Below, in pieces: positions 37,905 through 54,742 of a stretch of 64,000 bases of DNA. Below the pieces are notes generated by a model. The model worked only from the letters and a program-made list of their open reading frames with translations, searched no databases and was not told the DNA's origin. The DNA comes from Octopus vulgaris (Eukaryota). Made by a program: the position numbers and the translations under genes. Where the stretch lies: assembly GCA_951406725.2 (NCBI GenBank), contig OX597816.1, positions 103,416,001 to 103,480,000 of the forward strand. The letters are read 5' to 3'. The number at the start of each line of letters is the position of its first letter. Position 1 is the stretch's first letter.

Positions 37905-38075
37905 GACTAGTTTCGATTCCTAGTCCTGACGGAACGTTGTGTTCTTGCGCAAAGCACTTCATTTCACGTTGCTCCAATCTACTCAGTCGACAAAAATAAA
38001 TAATTCTATGGCGGACCGGTATCCCGTCCAAGTGGGGAATATAAACCCCACAGAATCCGGGAAAACGACCTTATG
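37905..38075 (+). mobile_element. Degenerate SINE (B-box plus V-domain-like segment)
   Basis: GTTTCGATTCC...GTGTTCTTGCGCAAAGCACTT...GGCGGACCGGTATCCCGTCCAAG. Confidence 0.55.
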
Positions 38076-38810
38076 AAGCTATGGCTCTGGAAGAAATTTT
38101 GATCCTATTTTCTCCTAACGTATCTACCTTTTGCTGTTCACTTTTCTGTCTCTGTTTTTTATTCCGTTTACTATCCATGTACTTTTGGTTATCGTTGCTA
38201 CCTTTACTTGACTTCTTGCATCTTTCTGTCCCCTCTTTTACTCCTTTTCGATGGGCTATGGTGCACCTGAGCACTGGATACATCAAACTCATTAGTCTGA
38301 TTAACATCAGAATATGTGACAACCGCCATCACACTTTAGTGAACCCACTGCTAAATATACTAAACAAAAGTCGGGTACTCTTTTTTTCTACAAGCATCAT
38401 TTTGATTGATTAATCTGTTTTACTTTTTTAAGAAGAGGAGAAACTAATTCGTACTTACCGGATTCATGGCTAACAATTAAAATTTGACCGTAAAACCATA
38501 TTAACATTTTTTATTTCGTTGTAATGAAAAAATATGAGATTGGGATTTTGCGATTTCTGTAATCTTCATTTTCTTCATTAGTACGAAATAAATAGATGAA
38601 ATGCGATTCTACAGTTGTATTTTAATTTCTAACTGCTATGAAGTAACTAAAACTTTCTTTCATCACAAATGAGCAAAATGAATGAGCCAACCAAAAGGAA
38701 TCATGTAGATTATTATCTCTTTGATGTAAAATATAAAATGGTATTGCAATTAGTACTCTATTCATAGTGAATTTATCATATTTTATTTCTTTATCTTTTA
38801 TCTTCATTAG

Positions 38811-39971
38811 GTTGCCGAATGGAAAGATGACACTTTGTTCGAAGTTATAAAAACCACCATCTTACTAAATGACAATTTTGGTGATGATCTGGATAAAGAA
38901 GATGTCAGGTTAATGATGGAGGCCAGTTGTGAAGAGAAGTCTTGTACGTGTGCGAATATGCCACCAAAACCAACTCCATCTATGAAATCTACAATGGCAC
39001 TAACATTACGGGATGAAGGATTTGTAAAGTCGACTGGTCAGTTTCGGGGAACTATTTGGGCAACTGTAGTAATAACAGTGGCGGCTGCTGGTGTCTTAAC
39101 GGCGATTGGAATCTTCACGTATCTTCTTTATAAATATTGTCTGGGTACCGGTTGCGGACGACGCTATTGTACTTTAGCGTTGATCCTGTTATTTGCTCTT
39201 GTTGTACAATATTCCACCATCTTACCATTTGTTTTCACGCCCAACGAACTTGTATGCGAGATGCGTTATTTCGCTCCTGCTTTTGGTTATGCATTTACCC
39301 TTAGTATAATACTCGTGAAGCTAATGAATCTTCACGATTATAGATTAATAGGACTCGGTGGAACTTTATCAATTGTCAACCAGTTATTGACAATTGTTTT
39401 TATAACAGGCATCCAAGTAGCAGTCGGTCTGCAACGATGGCTTCTAAAGAAATCTGCACTGGCAAAGATGGTTACTTACTATGGAGTTTCCATCTATAGT
39501 TGTTTGTTTGATAAGTATGATTTTATTTACTACATCTGTTATCCGATGTTTCTACAGATTCTCATCTTGCTTTACGCAATCTCTCTTTACAAAGAGAAGA
39601 GAAATCTCCGTGAAGCCAAATATATTCTTTTGGCTTGTGTTTTCAGCATTGTTGTTTGGTTGGCGTGGCAACTGGTCTACTTCTTGCAACCAAGCAAATT
39701 CATGCAACCGGCTGTCGCAATCGGTATCCTAATATTTACCACTGTTAATTTATCTCTCATCTTTATTCCTAAGATACACATGATGGCCACTCTAAGATAT
39801 GATGTCAACAAGACGTCACAGGATCACTACAGTACCAAAGCCGATTCAGACTTTTTCTTTGAAAGACCTTTTTCTCTTCCTGGCACATTGAAAACATCTG
39901 TTTCTGAAAAAACATATGCAAGATCTTACGACGCTTTTGAGAATTCAAATTATTCATCGGGGTCTGTTTGA
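38811..39971 (+). CDS. Class C GPCR terminal coding exon (VFT3 end, short Cys linker, 7TM, C-tail)
   Basis: ttcattag|GTT. Encodes VAEW...SCEEKSCTC and seven hydrophobic helices with class C motifs: LVCEMR (TM3 Cys), SIILVK, YSC (ECL2), [21 protein letters not shown]. Stop TGA at 39969-39971. Confidence 0.95.
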   Translation, partial: VAEWKDDTLFEVIKTTILLNDNFGDDLDKEDVRLMMEASCEEKSCTCANMPPKPTPSMKSTMALTLRDEGFVKSTGQFRGTIWATVVITVAAAGVLTAIGIFTYLLYKYCLGTGCGRRYCTLALILLFALVVQYSTILPFVFTPNELVCEMRYFAPAFGYAFTLSIILVKLMNLHDYRLIGLGGTLSIVNQLLTIVFITGIQVAVGLQRWLLKKSALAKMVTYYGVSIYSCLFDKYDFIYYICYPMFLQILILLYAISLYKEKRNLREAKYILLACVFSIVVWLAWQLVYFLQPSKFMQPAVAIGILIFTTVNLSLIFIPKIHMMATLRYDVNKTSQDHYSTKADSDFFFERPFSLPGTLKTSVSEKTYARSYDAFENSNYSSGSV

Positions 39972-40022
39972 TATGTGGTTTTGGGGATTTCGGTAATAAT
40001 TTTAATCGGAGTATGTAAATAA

Positions 40023-44400
<4,378 letters not shown>

Positions 44401-45133
44401 TATGCGATAGGACAGAACAGAAAGCTTTGTAGCCTGTGTTTATTCACTCAGAGCTGACGTGGACCAAAACGAAAAGAACAACCATTTCAAATTTGAACGA
44501 CAAACTCATCACTGAAAGTACTTGAAGTCAAAGCCACCAAAAAAATCCCAAAGTGGCTGCATGATTTGCTAGAAATAATGGCTCAGTATTTCTCAAATTT
44601 CACCCTTCAGTCTTCAATTAGATAAATACTGAATTATAGGGAAGGACATATTAGATAATGTAGTCCTTAATAAATAAAGAGTGAAAAAAAAAAGAACCAT
44701 GAGATGCTCATAGCTGGAATTTCTATGATCAGATCTGCTCTCCTTCGACAGAATAGGGATGTTGGAGCTCTAGCTAGGTGTGAGGGAGACCCCTGCCACC
44801 AAAAAACTCCAAACAGCACCTTAAATTGTCATAGGTTATTTATCGACAGTAGTTCCTTATTATATGGTACTTATTTTATTCATAACAGGAAGATAAACAA
44901 AGTCATTCTGAGGATAAAGGCCTGTAATAGCATCAGACCAGAATGCTTCAATTCTTCCATGCTTTGGAATTCTGATGCATTTGAAACTGACTCATGACTC
45001 ATTAATACTTGATTAAAAGCTTTTTAGATAACTCCATTGAGCGATGAACCTGTCTTTTGTTGCAAAGAACATTGTGCATCTAGAGCTGCATTGTATAATT
45101 TGTTCTTGCTATTTTTAAGAATGTAGGGTCTGA

Positions 45134-45412
<279 letters not shown>

Positions 45413-46021
45413 TGATGGATGTCTGCAATCAGCAAAAGTCAAGTAATTCACTTTATTATCTGACAATAGACAGTGTTTCACTTCTGTTTAGCTGGTGATA
45501 TATTTGTTGTAGAAGTTACTACAAATTTCTTCTCTATAAGGAGTAACATAGACTTTTTTATGGGGAGTATAAAGGATTCTTCTACAGAGAATATCACAGA
45601 TATTTCTATGGTTTTCATAAATTTTTCTATGAAGAATATCATTGATATTTTTATAGCTGAATATCATGGACTTTTCTGTGGTGCATATCATTACTGCCTT
45701 ATTTACCTCACCACGCTCTCCTATATTGTGACTACCATAATATTTACTGTCTTCATTATTTATGTTGTATTGTAACCTCAGTGATATGAACATTCTTACT
45801 TCATAGGGAGTATCATGAAAATGTTATATCCAAGTCCTTATTGGGAACTTTTATATCTCTTCTGGTCCTTAGTGGGGGCTTTAAGACATGTCTAAACCTT
45901 AAAATACTCTCTCCTTGTTTCTTCTGGTGTATTGTCATAGCCCTTACAATTATTACCTCATTTCTTCCATAGTACTTTCACACAGTTGATGTGGTAATAT
46001 TTTATTCTGACCAATGAGGAG

Positions 46022-46057
<36 letters not shown>

Positions 46058-46699
46058 CTGATTTGAAACTTGAAAATGAGGCACGATTTTGTATTAATTA
46101 TATTACTGCAAGTGCTGCTGTTTCCTCTATGACTTGTCTTTGACATTGTTTTGCTTGTTGTAGCTGTTGTAAATTCTATTATTTTGTTTTTCTTGTTCTT
46201 TATTTTATTGCTATAATTGTTTTTAATGCAGTTTTTGAATCTCAGCACATCCCTGATTTAAGGCATTCCAGCCATGTCTACCCATTATTTTTTTCCTATT
46301 AAATTTTGGAATTTAAAAATGTATATAGAACCACATTATCCAGTGTATCTTCTCTACTTTTTCATATATACAGTGTAATTTAAGAGAGATTTAGCAACTA
46401 TTTCTAGCAAGTCAAGTAACCATATAGTAGTTCCTTTAAAGCCTTGTTGTTTCTTTTGTAATTGCTATCAGATTAAAATAAGAGAAAGAAGAGAAAAGTT
46501 AAACTAATGGAACAAAACTAGCAACTTTAAGATCTACATTACACATGATTTGCACTCATATACAGTTGATGGAACAGCCACGCTAGTGAAACATAAGAAT
46601 CATTGGCAATTCAGGGAACTTGCTAACAAAATGAAAGTTGATTTATTTACTTGACCCTAATTTAAAACTATAACACTACTGGCAGTTCACCCTAAGTCA

Positions 46700-47056
46700 C
46701 ATTTTATAGTCCGATAGACAATTTGACTAAAATTACATTTGGCAGTTTGGTAAGGAATTTAATTGAAGTTGCACAAGTCAGTCAGTCTAATAGTAAATTT
46801 AGCTAAAATTTATGTAGGGCAGCTTGGTAGGGAATTTGACTAAAATTACACATAGCAGACTACTATGGAATTTCACATTTTACTACATGTAATAGTTTGT
46901 TAAAGAACTTGATTAAAGTCGCATATAACATTTGCTAGGGAATTTAACTTCAGTTACACATGACAGTCCAGTAGATACTTTAACTGAAGTCACATGAGTT
47001 AGTCTGCTACAAAATTTGGCTAAACTCACTAGTAGTCTGCTGGGAAATTTGACTAC
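46700..47056. repeat. Degenerate ~36-bp minisatellite, about 10 units
   Basis: Recurrent GGAATTTGACTAAA(A/G)TTACACATGGCAGT(C/T)TG(C/G)TA-like units. No ORF. Confidence 0.7.
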
Positions 47057-50000
47057 TAGGAAAGTAGCAGTGAAATGGTTAATGAAGAAACTTTAGCATT
47101 AATGAAAGAAACCCTTCCATTCTGAAGAGTTCTTTGTAACTTCTATGAGGATTACTTTTCTTACAGCCAAGATATTTATTTACAGGCTGTCTTGTAGAAT
47201 ATATGAAGAGTTAGAACAAAGTTTGTGACACTATATTAATAAAAAAGGCTATTATATAGGCTAATGTTTATGCCTACAGTAGTAAGGTGGAAATGCCTGA
47301 ACACTTACGTAGATATTAAAGTAATGCATACATACATACATAAAATGAATGTATATATATATATATATATATAAAGGCAGAAACATTAGCATGCTGGACA
47401 AAATGTTTAGCACCATACCAGCCAAGAGATCAGTGGTCTGTATTCCATTCCCATCATTGCATTTTAATCAGGGTTTTAATCCTTTACAATTCACTTAGAG
47501 GACAATTGATATGACAGAACTTATTGATTCAAGCAAAGAGCCAAACTGAAATTTTGTAGAGGTTTGTTAACTTTTAGTGATGAGTTCTACTCATTCTGTG
47601 ATTATAGTTTAAAAAAAGAACAGGTTCCATCAAGTCTACTTGATTTGAGATATGTTATATGAAGACAATAAGCTAATGAAGGATCCTTTATGTAGTTACT
47701 CAGCCAGCTAGAAATATCAGCCAAATCTCATTTAAACTCCTACCACAACCAACATTTTATAAAGCATACATTGAATATGATAACCTGAGATACACTGTTT
47801 ATATTAAAAAAATAATAAACAGCATGGTCATGACTTGAATGTCTTTTATGATAGGCCTTTTGCATCAGGGCTGACCAAAACAACATCAGCAACTCTAAGT
47901 TCCTTTGAAACCAATGAACCAAATTCTAGATGTTCCTCTATATGCCTTCTGTAAAGTAACATCTTTTAGAAATGACACAAACATATATAAATATGCTACA
48001 CACTTAAATTAAAGAAATAACAAATCAAGGAAAATGCATGAATGGATAACGACCTCAGCTGCTTGTCTAACCTCATTATCCACACGGGGACATCTTTTAG
48101 TTTTTCAATTAGCTGAAGATGAAGCATTAAGTCTGCTGCAGAAGTAGACCATTATCCTATTCAGTGAGGAATTTTTCTCGCATCTGCATAAGTCAATGTA
48201 AGCCAGAGAGAGCTATGAACCATTATTGATTATGAACAGATGAAATGATTAATTAAAAGTAATTTTTATAAGTTTCTGTAGCAAAGTCAGACAGGTAACC
48301 AGTAAAACTTTGATCAATTAATCTCTTTGTTTAATAACCTAAGATAAATACAAAGAAGAACTGGTATTAAAAAACATTCACTTCTTTGAAGCAGACTAGA
48401 TGTCCCTTCTGAAAGAAGTGATATGGCTCATCTGATAATAACTTCCAAAAGCAGTCTTAAACAAAGCCATTATGAATCCCTACAATTTATAAAGGATTAA
48501 CTAAATTCTATTCCTATTCAGATGAAAAATAACTCTCCTTTAAGATAGGGCACCAGTCAAACTTGAATATTATTCCTATAAGATCTAGTAACTATTTTCA
48601 ACTGTGTTATAGAAATATAATATATAATTGTTTAAATTATTTGAAAGTTATTGAATTATTTGATTAGCAGAACAAGTAAATTGGCTCCTAAGAATTATAA
48701 ATCACTATGATAGACTGTGGCTGAGACTAACTTGTTAGGCAAGAAAGCTGAATGAAAGTGCTCATCGAATTTGCAAGCCCATTCAATCTGGTGAACTTCA
48801 TGTCACAAATTCTTAGTTTCAGTATTTAAAAGTAATGCCTGAAGGGAAAATGCAGACAGGGTGAGAACCAGGGTTCAAGTTCAAATGATTGCAACAGAGT
48901 GAACCTTACTAAAGGCACTCAAGGACCAGGTGGTATGTTGAACTGTATGACATCTTAGACCTGCCACCCAAATGCCAATACAATTTTAAAATCTCAAAGA
49001 AAGTCCATAAATATCTACCACAAACATACACAATATTATATGCAACCATCTAAATAGACATTATATATATTCTTAATAAATATTTATAAAATTACGCATG
49101 TATTTTCCTATATCTCTTTTTTTCTTCTTCTGTTTTTACTTTTCCATCATTTACTCATTAATCATTGACATAATTAATAATCTAATTAAATGCATACATT
49201 TCTGACGTTGCATAGAAACATTAAAGAAAGAAAAATTACTCCTACAAATTAGTGGAACTTCTGGCAATAAAATTTGTCTGTTGATGCTAGAAAATATGCA
49301 TTTCAATAAATTTTCAAAAAAATCAAAAATTCAGAAAAGTTTAGGGAAAAAGCTGTAACTATATTTATTAGCTTTATTAAACTGTTAAACAAAGTAGAAG
49401 TTAGTGAAAGCTTCTTACATAAAACTATGGTACACATTTTGCCAACTGAAATCACATTATAATTCATGAAATAATTAGATTAGTGTTGAAATATATTTAA
49501 TTATGAATATTCTAATAGAGGCAATTCAAAAAATTCAAAGAGGGTTGGTAACTTGTAACAAGACAGATCTGTTGTGGACTGGTTTCAGAAGGTGGGCTTC
49601 AAAAGTTGTGATGGTATATTTTTAAGAAGTTTGCTTCACAACCACATGGTTCTGAGTTCAATTTCAATGCATGGCAACTTGAATAAGTGTCTACACACAC
49701 ACACATTCTCACATACTCATTAGAGCATCAAATAAAATGCCTTGCAGTATTTGTACTGATTATCTGCAAACTGAGTTTAAATCCTTTCAGTGACAAAAAC
49801 AAAAAAAAAGGGTATTGAACTAAGGCCATGAATTGGCTGATGCATAAGAATGTCAATATGCCTTGTGATATTTATGCTGGCTGTTTCTGTTTTGAGTTCA
49901 AACCCCACCAAGGCCTGCTTGGGTGGCTGACTTAGTCTACCAACTGGTCTAACACCACCATCTAGCATCTTGGGTGCTCTTAGTAGAGATCACTCTGCTG

Positions 50001-50134
50001 CAAGAAATAAGACCAGTTCAAGTACAGATGTCAAGTAGTAATGCAGTACAACCGTTTCAAGTGACTCCATATAATTGAAAAATGGCTTGGACGGTGTTAT
50101 GTGTCACCAGCACTGGCTATAACAATGATTCGAC

Positions 50135-50320
50135 TTGGTTTGACGAATCTTCTCAAGCAACTCATCAAAGGTCACAATCACCTGTCATCACCTCCGTGAG
50201 GCCCCACATTCAAAGATCATGCTTCACCACCTCATCCTATGTCTTACTGGGTCTTCTTCTTCCACAAGATCCCTCCACAGTTAGAGATCGGCACTTCTTT
50301 ACGCAGCTCACTATCTTATG
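50135..50320 (-). mobile_element. RTE-type LINE 3' fragment
   Basis: Minus strand CVKKCRSLTVEGSCGRRRPSKT*DEVVKHDL resembles the RTE C-terminal G.R.RGRP.KTW.E.V..DL. Confidence 0.7.
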
Positions 50321-50364
50321 ATCATGAAAGCAACACACTAACCAGTAAATCACAAACCTCCATG

Positions 50365-50520
50365 AGGAGTGGCGGTGTCGTAAGTAGCTTGCTTACCAAC
50401 CACATGGTTCCGGGTTCAGTCCCACTGCATGGCACCTTGGGCAAGTGTCTTCTACTATAGCCTTAGGGCCGGCCAAAGCCTTGTGAGTGGATTTGGTAGA
50501 CAGAAACTGAAAGAAGCCTG

Positions 50521-50574
<54 letters not shown>

Positions 50575-50839
50575 GTATATATATGTATATATATATATGT
50601 ATATATATGTATATGTATGTGTGTGCATATGTTTGTGCGTCTGTATTTGTTTCCCCCTCCCACCAATGCTTGACAACCGATGTTGTGTGTTTACGTCCCC
50701 ATAAGTTAGTGGTTTGGCAAAAAGAGACCGATAGAATAAGTACCAGGTTTACAAAGAATAAGTCCTGGGGTCGATTTTCTTGACTAAAGGCAGTGCTCCA
50801 GCATGGCCACAGTTAAATGACTGAAACAAATAAAAGAAT
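50365..50839 (+). mobile_element. tRNA-derived SINE (family C) with internal (TA)n
   Basis: GGTTCCGGGTTCAGTCCCACTG..GGCACCTTGGGCAAGTGTCTTCTACTATAG..CCAAAGCCTTGTGAGTGGATTTGGTAGAC; 3' end CCAGCATGGCCACAG..ATGACTGAAACAA. Homologous copy at 59732. Confidence 0.85.
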
Positions 50840-51659
50840 AGTAGATAGAACTATTAATTAACAAAAACAAAAATGAATAAAACAGGTTTCGTGTGTTCTT
50901 AAATAACTGAAGTAATTCTCTTATGGTACAGATGTTACAGCTTTAATATGCAGTCATTAACCAAAAACACCTCTGGAATTATCGGTAGATAAATAGATAG
51001 ATAGAACTCAACTGTTTTCACTCTGTCTGTTTGTCTGTCTATTTATCTATCTGTCTATCTATCATTACTGTTTTAATAGCCTGCAAGAAAAAAAAAATTA
51101 TGTAACTGAGCATTAAAGAGTTAATGATGGCAATTTTTAATATTTATACATCTTATTTTCATCTTTTATCTTTGTACATGATTTCATTTATGGCTTTACT
51201 TTTGCTTGTCACAATATATCCCTGAGGTATACATTCAGCACATGACTGTAACACACACACACACACAGACACACACGTGAACGCACACAGACACACATGT
51301 GCATGCATACACACATGCACATGTGTGCTCACAAACATTGTGTGTTGTTTTATTTTTCCTGTTAATGGAGCATGTTTTATTATATATTGATGTAATTTGT
51401 CTTTGACTGTATGTAGTTAGCATGCTTGTCTGTAGATGTGATGCAGCAGCAATGCATATGCATATATATAGCAAGAGAGAGTCTTATTACTTAGACAACA
51501 AAACTATAGAATTTTGGCTCATTGGTAATGTGATTTGATCAACAACGTTGAGTTTATTGTCATTCAATAAAACATTAGGATTGATATAATCAACTAACCC
51601 CTCCCCACAAATTTCTAGCCTTGTACCTATTTTAGAAATTATTATTATTATTATTATTA

Positions 51660-51872
51660 AGATGGCATGCTGCCAGAATCATTATTGCACTGAACAAAAA
51701 TTGCTTAGTAATATTTTTCTGGTTTAACTTCCCAAGTTCTAATGCCACTGAGGTTGACTTTGCTTTTTTATCTTTTTAAGATTGGTGGTAATAACTACCA
51801 GCTGTATATTAGGGTCGAAGTAATTGATTAGACCCCTCCCCTAAAATTTCAGGCCTTGTACCTATAATAGGA
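51660..51872 (+). mobile_element. Degenerate SINE (family A) with CpG decay
   Basis: Aligns to the 9982 copy with CpG>TpG/CpA changes (e.g. GAGGTTGACTTTGC). Confidence 0.7.
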
Positions 51873-51952
51873 AGGACCACCACCATCATTATCATCATTG
51901 CTGTCACTGCCACCGTCGTCATCGTCACGCCGTTGTCATCATCATCATCATC

Positions 51953-52866
51953 AAGACAGAGCAGCATTTCATCCATCTTTCTTAGGAATCTTGCAGAATA
52001 TAGGATGGAATTTTTCTGTCTTTTGACAATGCAAGTTTCACTTCCAATATCTTTCAATCTTTTAGGTAGCATTTTGGGTGTTGTGCCAAGTACACCAACT
52101 ACTGTTGGAATAATTGTTGTCTTAGTCTTCCACAGTCTCTTCAGCTCTCTAGCTGGATCCAATTTCTTTGGTATTGACTCTGATATAAGGAACTGCAATG
52201 CCTATGATCATACACTGTTTGTTTATTTTGTTCTCTGTAATCATATTTGGTCTTTTTGCATCAATATTACGGTCAGTCTTTATTTGGAAGTCTCATAAAA
52301 TTGTGTAATACTCATTTTCTATCACAGCCCCTGGTTTGTGTTCATACCACTTTTCTGTTACCTACACAATCATGTCTGTGCTTATACTATTTTTCTACTA
52401 GTATACTGCATTCACTCAAGATATGATTGATACTTTCATTTCCATTTCTATAGATTCTACATTTGCTGTGTAAGTTTTGATGATCTTTGTCTTTATCATA
52501 TTTGTTCCATGGCAAGAACATTTCAGGTTCTTATCTGTTAGCCAGAGTCAGCAATTTTTACTCCCAACATTCTGTTTGTTGCATGAATTGGCCATGTAAT
52601 TCCATTTCTTTCCATTTTCTTGCTCTCTTGATCTTTCTCCTAATTCTTCCATGTTTCATTTACTTTTCAGTATCTCTAGCTGCCAATAGTATTCTTTCTT
52701 TATCCTTCACAATATAGTTTTTCAATCCCATTATCATGATGCTAAAGGAGTCTCCTGTGTTTAGTAATCCTCTGTCTTCTTCCTTTCTTGGTAGACAGAG
52801 TCTGTTGGTCTTACTTTTAAGATGGTGCGCATTGAGCATTCTCAGCACCTCTTCAGTTCTATCCAA
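51953..52866 (-). pseudogene. R4/Dong-clade LINE C-terminal fragment (RT end, Zn knuckle, RLE)
   Basis: Minus-strand segments RLCLPRKEEDRGLL, LHGQF, KWYEHKPGAVIENE, ELKRLWKTKTTIIPTVVGVLGTTPK...QKNSILYSARFLRK, ending in (TGA)n. Multiple frameshifts. Confidence 0.8.
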
Positions 52867-54529
52867 GAAGCATTTTCTTTTCTTCTAGCTCTTTATGTCC
52901 TGAGTTCAAACTCTGCTGAAGCTAACTTTGACTTTTATCCTATTATGGTTCATTAAATAAGTACCAGTCGAACACTGGAATTGATGTAATGGATAAGCCC
53001 CCTGAGTGTAATTAGTCAGAACAAATATTGCAGGGCATGTTGTCCAACTCTCTGATAATTCTGCCAATTTGTTGCTAATAAGTAACATAGTCCTGCTTAC
53101 ACTGTGCCAGATATAATAACAAAATAATCACTACTAGAACATGTTTTATCAAAAGTCTTTCCTATTAAGACTGATTTGGAGTTGGAATTCATACAAGCAC
53201 TCTTATCTAAAGGATACTCTAATCAGTAACCTTAGGCTGGTATGAAAATGTTTGTTCATATTATTTGATATTGTATTATTATATAATGACCAATCCCTGG
53301 ACAGGCCTATGATCAAAGTTGTTTTAACTACAATCAAAGATGGTGCAGCCTCCTGGTTTGCCAGTCCTCAGTCAAACCATCCAAACCATGCCAGCATGGA
53401 AAGTGGACGTTAAACAACAATAATAGTGATGATGATGAAAAATGTACTACATTTAGCCATTCTATCTTTGTGCATGGCTATAGCTACATCATATATGTTT
53501 TGTTTTCTTTAAGATGGTAGAGTAAGATATAAGGTAGATTTGGCTGCTGTTTCTACCAGATTGAGTGACTATGTAGAAAATCTCTTGTTGTCATATATTC
53601 TACATAGCTTTTAATCAGCTTAATGTAGCAACCATATCTTTTCGGCAAACGGAATGCTTTGTTAAGTTTTCAAATTTCGAGTCTTATGACTTTCTCGCAA
53701 AGCTGATTAGGAATATTCAATGAAAAATATTTATGTAATGTTAGATAAAGCAACAATGAAATAATGGTAAGAGCTTTCTTTTGACTGTTTGGTACTCGTC
53801 ACTTACAGAAGAAACAGTATTTTTCTTTCTTCTCTTCTTTCTTCGAGAAAGATCATTTTCTTTAAGTCATGTCATATGGAGAACATACATAGTCGCAGCT
53901 ATTGTTGTTTGGCCTCTGTCTGTGCTTATCTAGCAGAACTTTGAAGATGTACAAGCTGAGGTAATTTAGTATTTTCCAGGCATAGTAAATCTAGGAATAC
54001 ATTAGTTAAATGTATCTTTTAAGCACAGATTTGATTGTAATCTGTCACATGTCAAACATCTATGTAAAGACTGTTTGTTTATGTGAGGTCTTTGTGGTAA
54101 TAATTGTATAGCTCCAGCTCTATCTTCATCAACCAAACATATGATCAAAAGATGTTCCAAACAGGAGAATTTGACTTTCTTTCAAGTACTCTATGCATTC
54201 ATCATTGTTTTTTTGGAGACAGTAAGGTATTATTTGAAGGAGATTTAGCTGCCGTCTATAGTGTGTCAAGCATCTTTATAGAGGCTCTGTCATTTGTTTG
54301 AGCAAAATTGTTCTTGTCATTTAGGTCATGTCTATCCAATGTGAATAAGGGACATTTTGTTGTTATTAAGCATCTGCATGAAGACCCAGTCATTTGTTCA
54401 AGCAAAGTACAAGGTTCAAGCAGTAATAGTGAAACCTGTATAGTTGTATATTAACCAAAAGAGTTTTCATGATACAATGTGAGAAAACAAAGAAGGTAAA
54501 TCAGTAATCACATCAAGCAACATTTAATA

Positions 54530-54742
54530 ATGATTTCAAAGTTTAGCACAAGGCCAACAATTTTGAGGGATGAAGTAAGTCAATTACGTTGACTCATGTT
54601 CAGCAGGTACTTGTTTTATTAACACCAAAAGGGTGAAAGGCAAGTTTGACCTTGGAGAAATTTGAACTCGGAATGTAAAGATGGACAAAATGCTGCCAAG
54701 CATTTTGCCCAATGCAGTAATGATTCTGACAGTTCACCCCTT
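54530..54742 (-). mobile_element. Degenerate SINE (family A) with CpG decay
   Basis: Homologous to 29549-29762 with most CpGs mutated. Confidence 0.75.

Larger units (their letters stand above)
21946..39971 (+). other. Gene span (5'-partial): class C GPCR with three tandem VFT domains
   Basis: Six GT-AG exons join in frame (intron phases 1,1,0,0,0,0) into ~1,685 aa with three ANF_receptor/VFT-like units and a 7tm_3-like domain. The start codon and signal peptide exon were not located. Confidence 0.9.

Noticed and set aside
39957-39968. C-terminal PDZ-binding motif (…SGSV)
   Set aside because: The terminal Val fits, but position -2 is Gly rather than Ser/Thr or a hydrophobic residue, so no canonical class is matched.
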